Shown one piece after another: positions 62,200 through 64,000 of a stretch of DNA of 64,000 bases. The DNA is taken from contig CM060731.1 in NCBI GenBank assembly GCA_030704615.1, forward strand, positions 56,978,001 to 57,042,000, given 5' to 3'. The DNA is from Takakia lepidozioides. Taxonomy: Eukaryota > Plantae > Bryophyta. How positions within the stretch are numbered: the first letter of the stretch is position 1; the number at the start of each line of letters is the position of its first letter. The notes beneath the pieces are model-generated. The model was not told where the DNA came from and did no database searches. It saw only the letters and a list, made by a program, of their open reading frames with translations. The position numbers and the translations under genes are program-made.

Positions 62200-64000
62200 C
62201 ATCACGTCGTCAGGTGTTGGGGCAAGCAGTGGATCTCAATTGCTTGACCTGGATTATCAGCTTGGCTATGGCTGAGCAACGTAGAGTGCGGAGTGCACTT
62301 CCCTTTACAGTCTCTCTGCCTACCGAGACGGTACAGGCAGCGAGCGGGGGCGAGCCGGTGAGGACCACGGGGTGTAGACATCCATGGCACACGTGGGAGG
62401 TGCTCGAGTTGGCAGCCAAGGCAGCTGTGATAGATGAGGTTGGGGATTCTTCTCGGGTTGAGGAGGTTCTCAATGATGAGATGATGGGGCAGGATGAGGC
62501 CTTGTCATTGACTGAGACAGGCAGGGAGTACTACTCAAGAGATTGCGGCATAGCAACCACGGGACGCGTCCTCTACCTCTAAGTCTGCTGGACTTAAGGT
62601 TGCAGTTACGAAGGGCAATTGGGAGCTTGACATTGGACCTATTGTCATTAGAGGAGAGAGACAACGTATACCGCGGTTCCTGAGACTTACAGGAATTGTT
62701 TTGCCTCTCGTGCTACGGTGGAGGAGCATGAGAGACATGTTCAGGTTGTGCATCGACCGGGTTTGGTCAATAGGGATGTGGATGGATTGAGTCGCAATCC
62801 ATGCACGAGCCAGCAGGATGACACTAGAGCTCGGTTGCATGGTGAGACGGACGAGGAGATGGTGCCGGGATGGCATGCATCTGTCTTTTTGTGTATCTTG
62901 ACATCGGGAGGTCAGGTTGGACCTACAACAGGGATGACTGTAGACGGAGTGTCTGAGGACCCTGAGGCTAGTGATGAGCCAGGTGGTGCCAGAGATATAC
63001 ATGAGGATTCGGCTGTGTTGGACTACCTCCGCACGGGAGACACGGCAGCCACTGTAACTGCCAAGGAGAGGGATCGGATCTTGCAACGAGCCAAGAGGTT
63101 CAAGTGGGAGAGGACACACCTGCTCCGAGTGTGGGAGGATGGTCGAGTGAGGATTGTGCCTCACCTAACACAGCGGGCACGGTTAGTGCGGCATGCCCAT
63201 GAGGAGTTGGGGCATTTTGGGGTGCGACGCACTCATAGTCTATTGCAGGGGCAGTATTGGTGGCGTGGTATGCATACAGAGGTGCAACAATTCGTGGCTA
63301 GGTGCATGGTGTGTGACAGGGTGCGTGCTTCATTCAACGCCCCTACACCACAATTGCATCCTTTACCAATCATGGGATTGGGCTACAGGTGGAGTCTTGA
63401 ATTCGCAGGACCGTTGCCACTGATTATGTGCCACCACAGATATGTGTTGGTGATGGTGGAGCACTTCTCCAAGTGGATTGAGTTGGTTCCATTGTCTGAC
63501 AAGGCTAATGAGGGGGCTGCGTATGCATTCTTGGATCGTGTGCTTAGCCGATTTGGTGCTCCAGTTGAGGTACTCACGGACCAAGGGAGAGAGTTCTTGG
63601 GGGAGTTTTAGGCTTTGTGTGATAAAGCCTTGATAGACCACCGCACCACTTCTCGGGATCATCCTGAGGCCGATGGCTTGGCAGAGAGAGTTGTTCAGAC
63701 GGTGAAGAGGGGTTTGCGCAAGTATCGCTTGCAGAAGGGACATCTAGGAGATTGGGATCTTCAGGTTCCTTGGTTAGCCATGGGCTACAGGTTCAGCAAA
63801 CAAGCATCACTTGCCTCCTTCTCACCATATTTTCTTCTCTTTGGCCGAGAGCCGGATTTGTCTGCAGCCATTCGTAGGGACACTGCTCAAGTCCTTAACC
63901 TTGACGATCCAGACGTGTGGGTACGTGCATCTGATCAGCGTGCAGAGTTGTTCAAGAAAGTCATGCCCATGGCTTTTGAGAACCTTGCCATTGCACAGCA
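62200..64000 (+). mobile_element. Second, internally deleted copy of the MTase-bearing gypsy element (runs off the window)
   Basis: Colinear with 16482-19463: MTase motif X SRRQVLGQAVDLNCLTWII, TAG CAA CCA at 62551-59, most of RT/RNaseH deleted at ~62706-62747, integrase present. Confidence 0.95.

Overview
Eukaryotic, repeat-rich nuclear DNA, most likely from a non-seed land plant (inferred from bryophyte/fern-type PLS-DYW PPR motifs and spliceosomal introns). Host genes: a spliced dihydrofolate synthetase/FolC-family gene (+, ~46.2-52.6 kb), a near-complete PLS-E-DYW PPR gene with a frameshift in the DYW domain (-, 37.5-40.3 kb), two decayed PPR paralogs, a CCS52/FZR fragment, a subtilase remnant and a degenerate tRNA-Gly. 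The rest is nested transposons: several Ty3/gypsy elements, CACTA and Mutator-like insertions, LINE 3' ends and tandem arrays. The standout is a Ty3/gypsy element (~10.6-20.7 kb, with a second partial copy at 62.2-64 kb). Its polyprotein reads Gag-protease-DNMT3-like cytosine-5 methyltransferase-[TAG CAA CCA]-RT-RNaseH-integrase-PHD finger. All MTase catalytic motifs are present. The in-frame amber stop between MTase and RT sits in a CARYYA readthrough context in both copies, whereas the other lesions in the overlap are copy-specific. A second gypsy family carries a dUTPase-like domain in the same protease-RT slot. All calls were made by eye with no database searches, and many boundaries are approximate.
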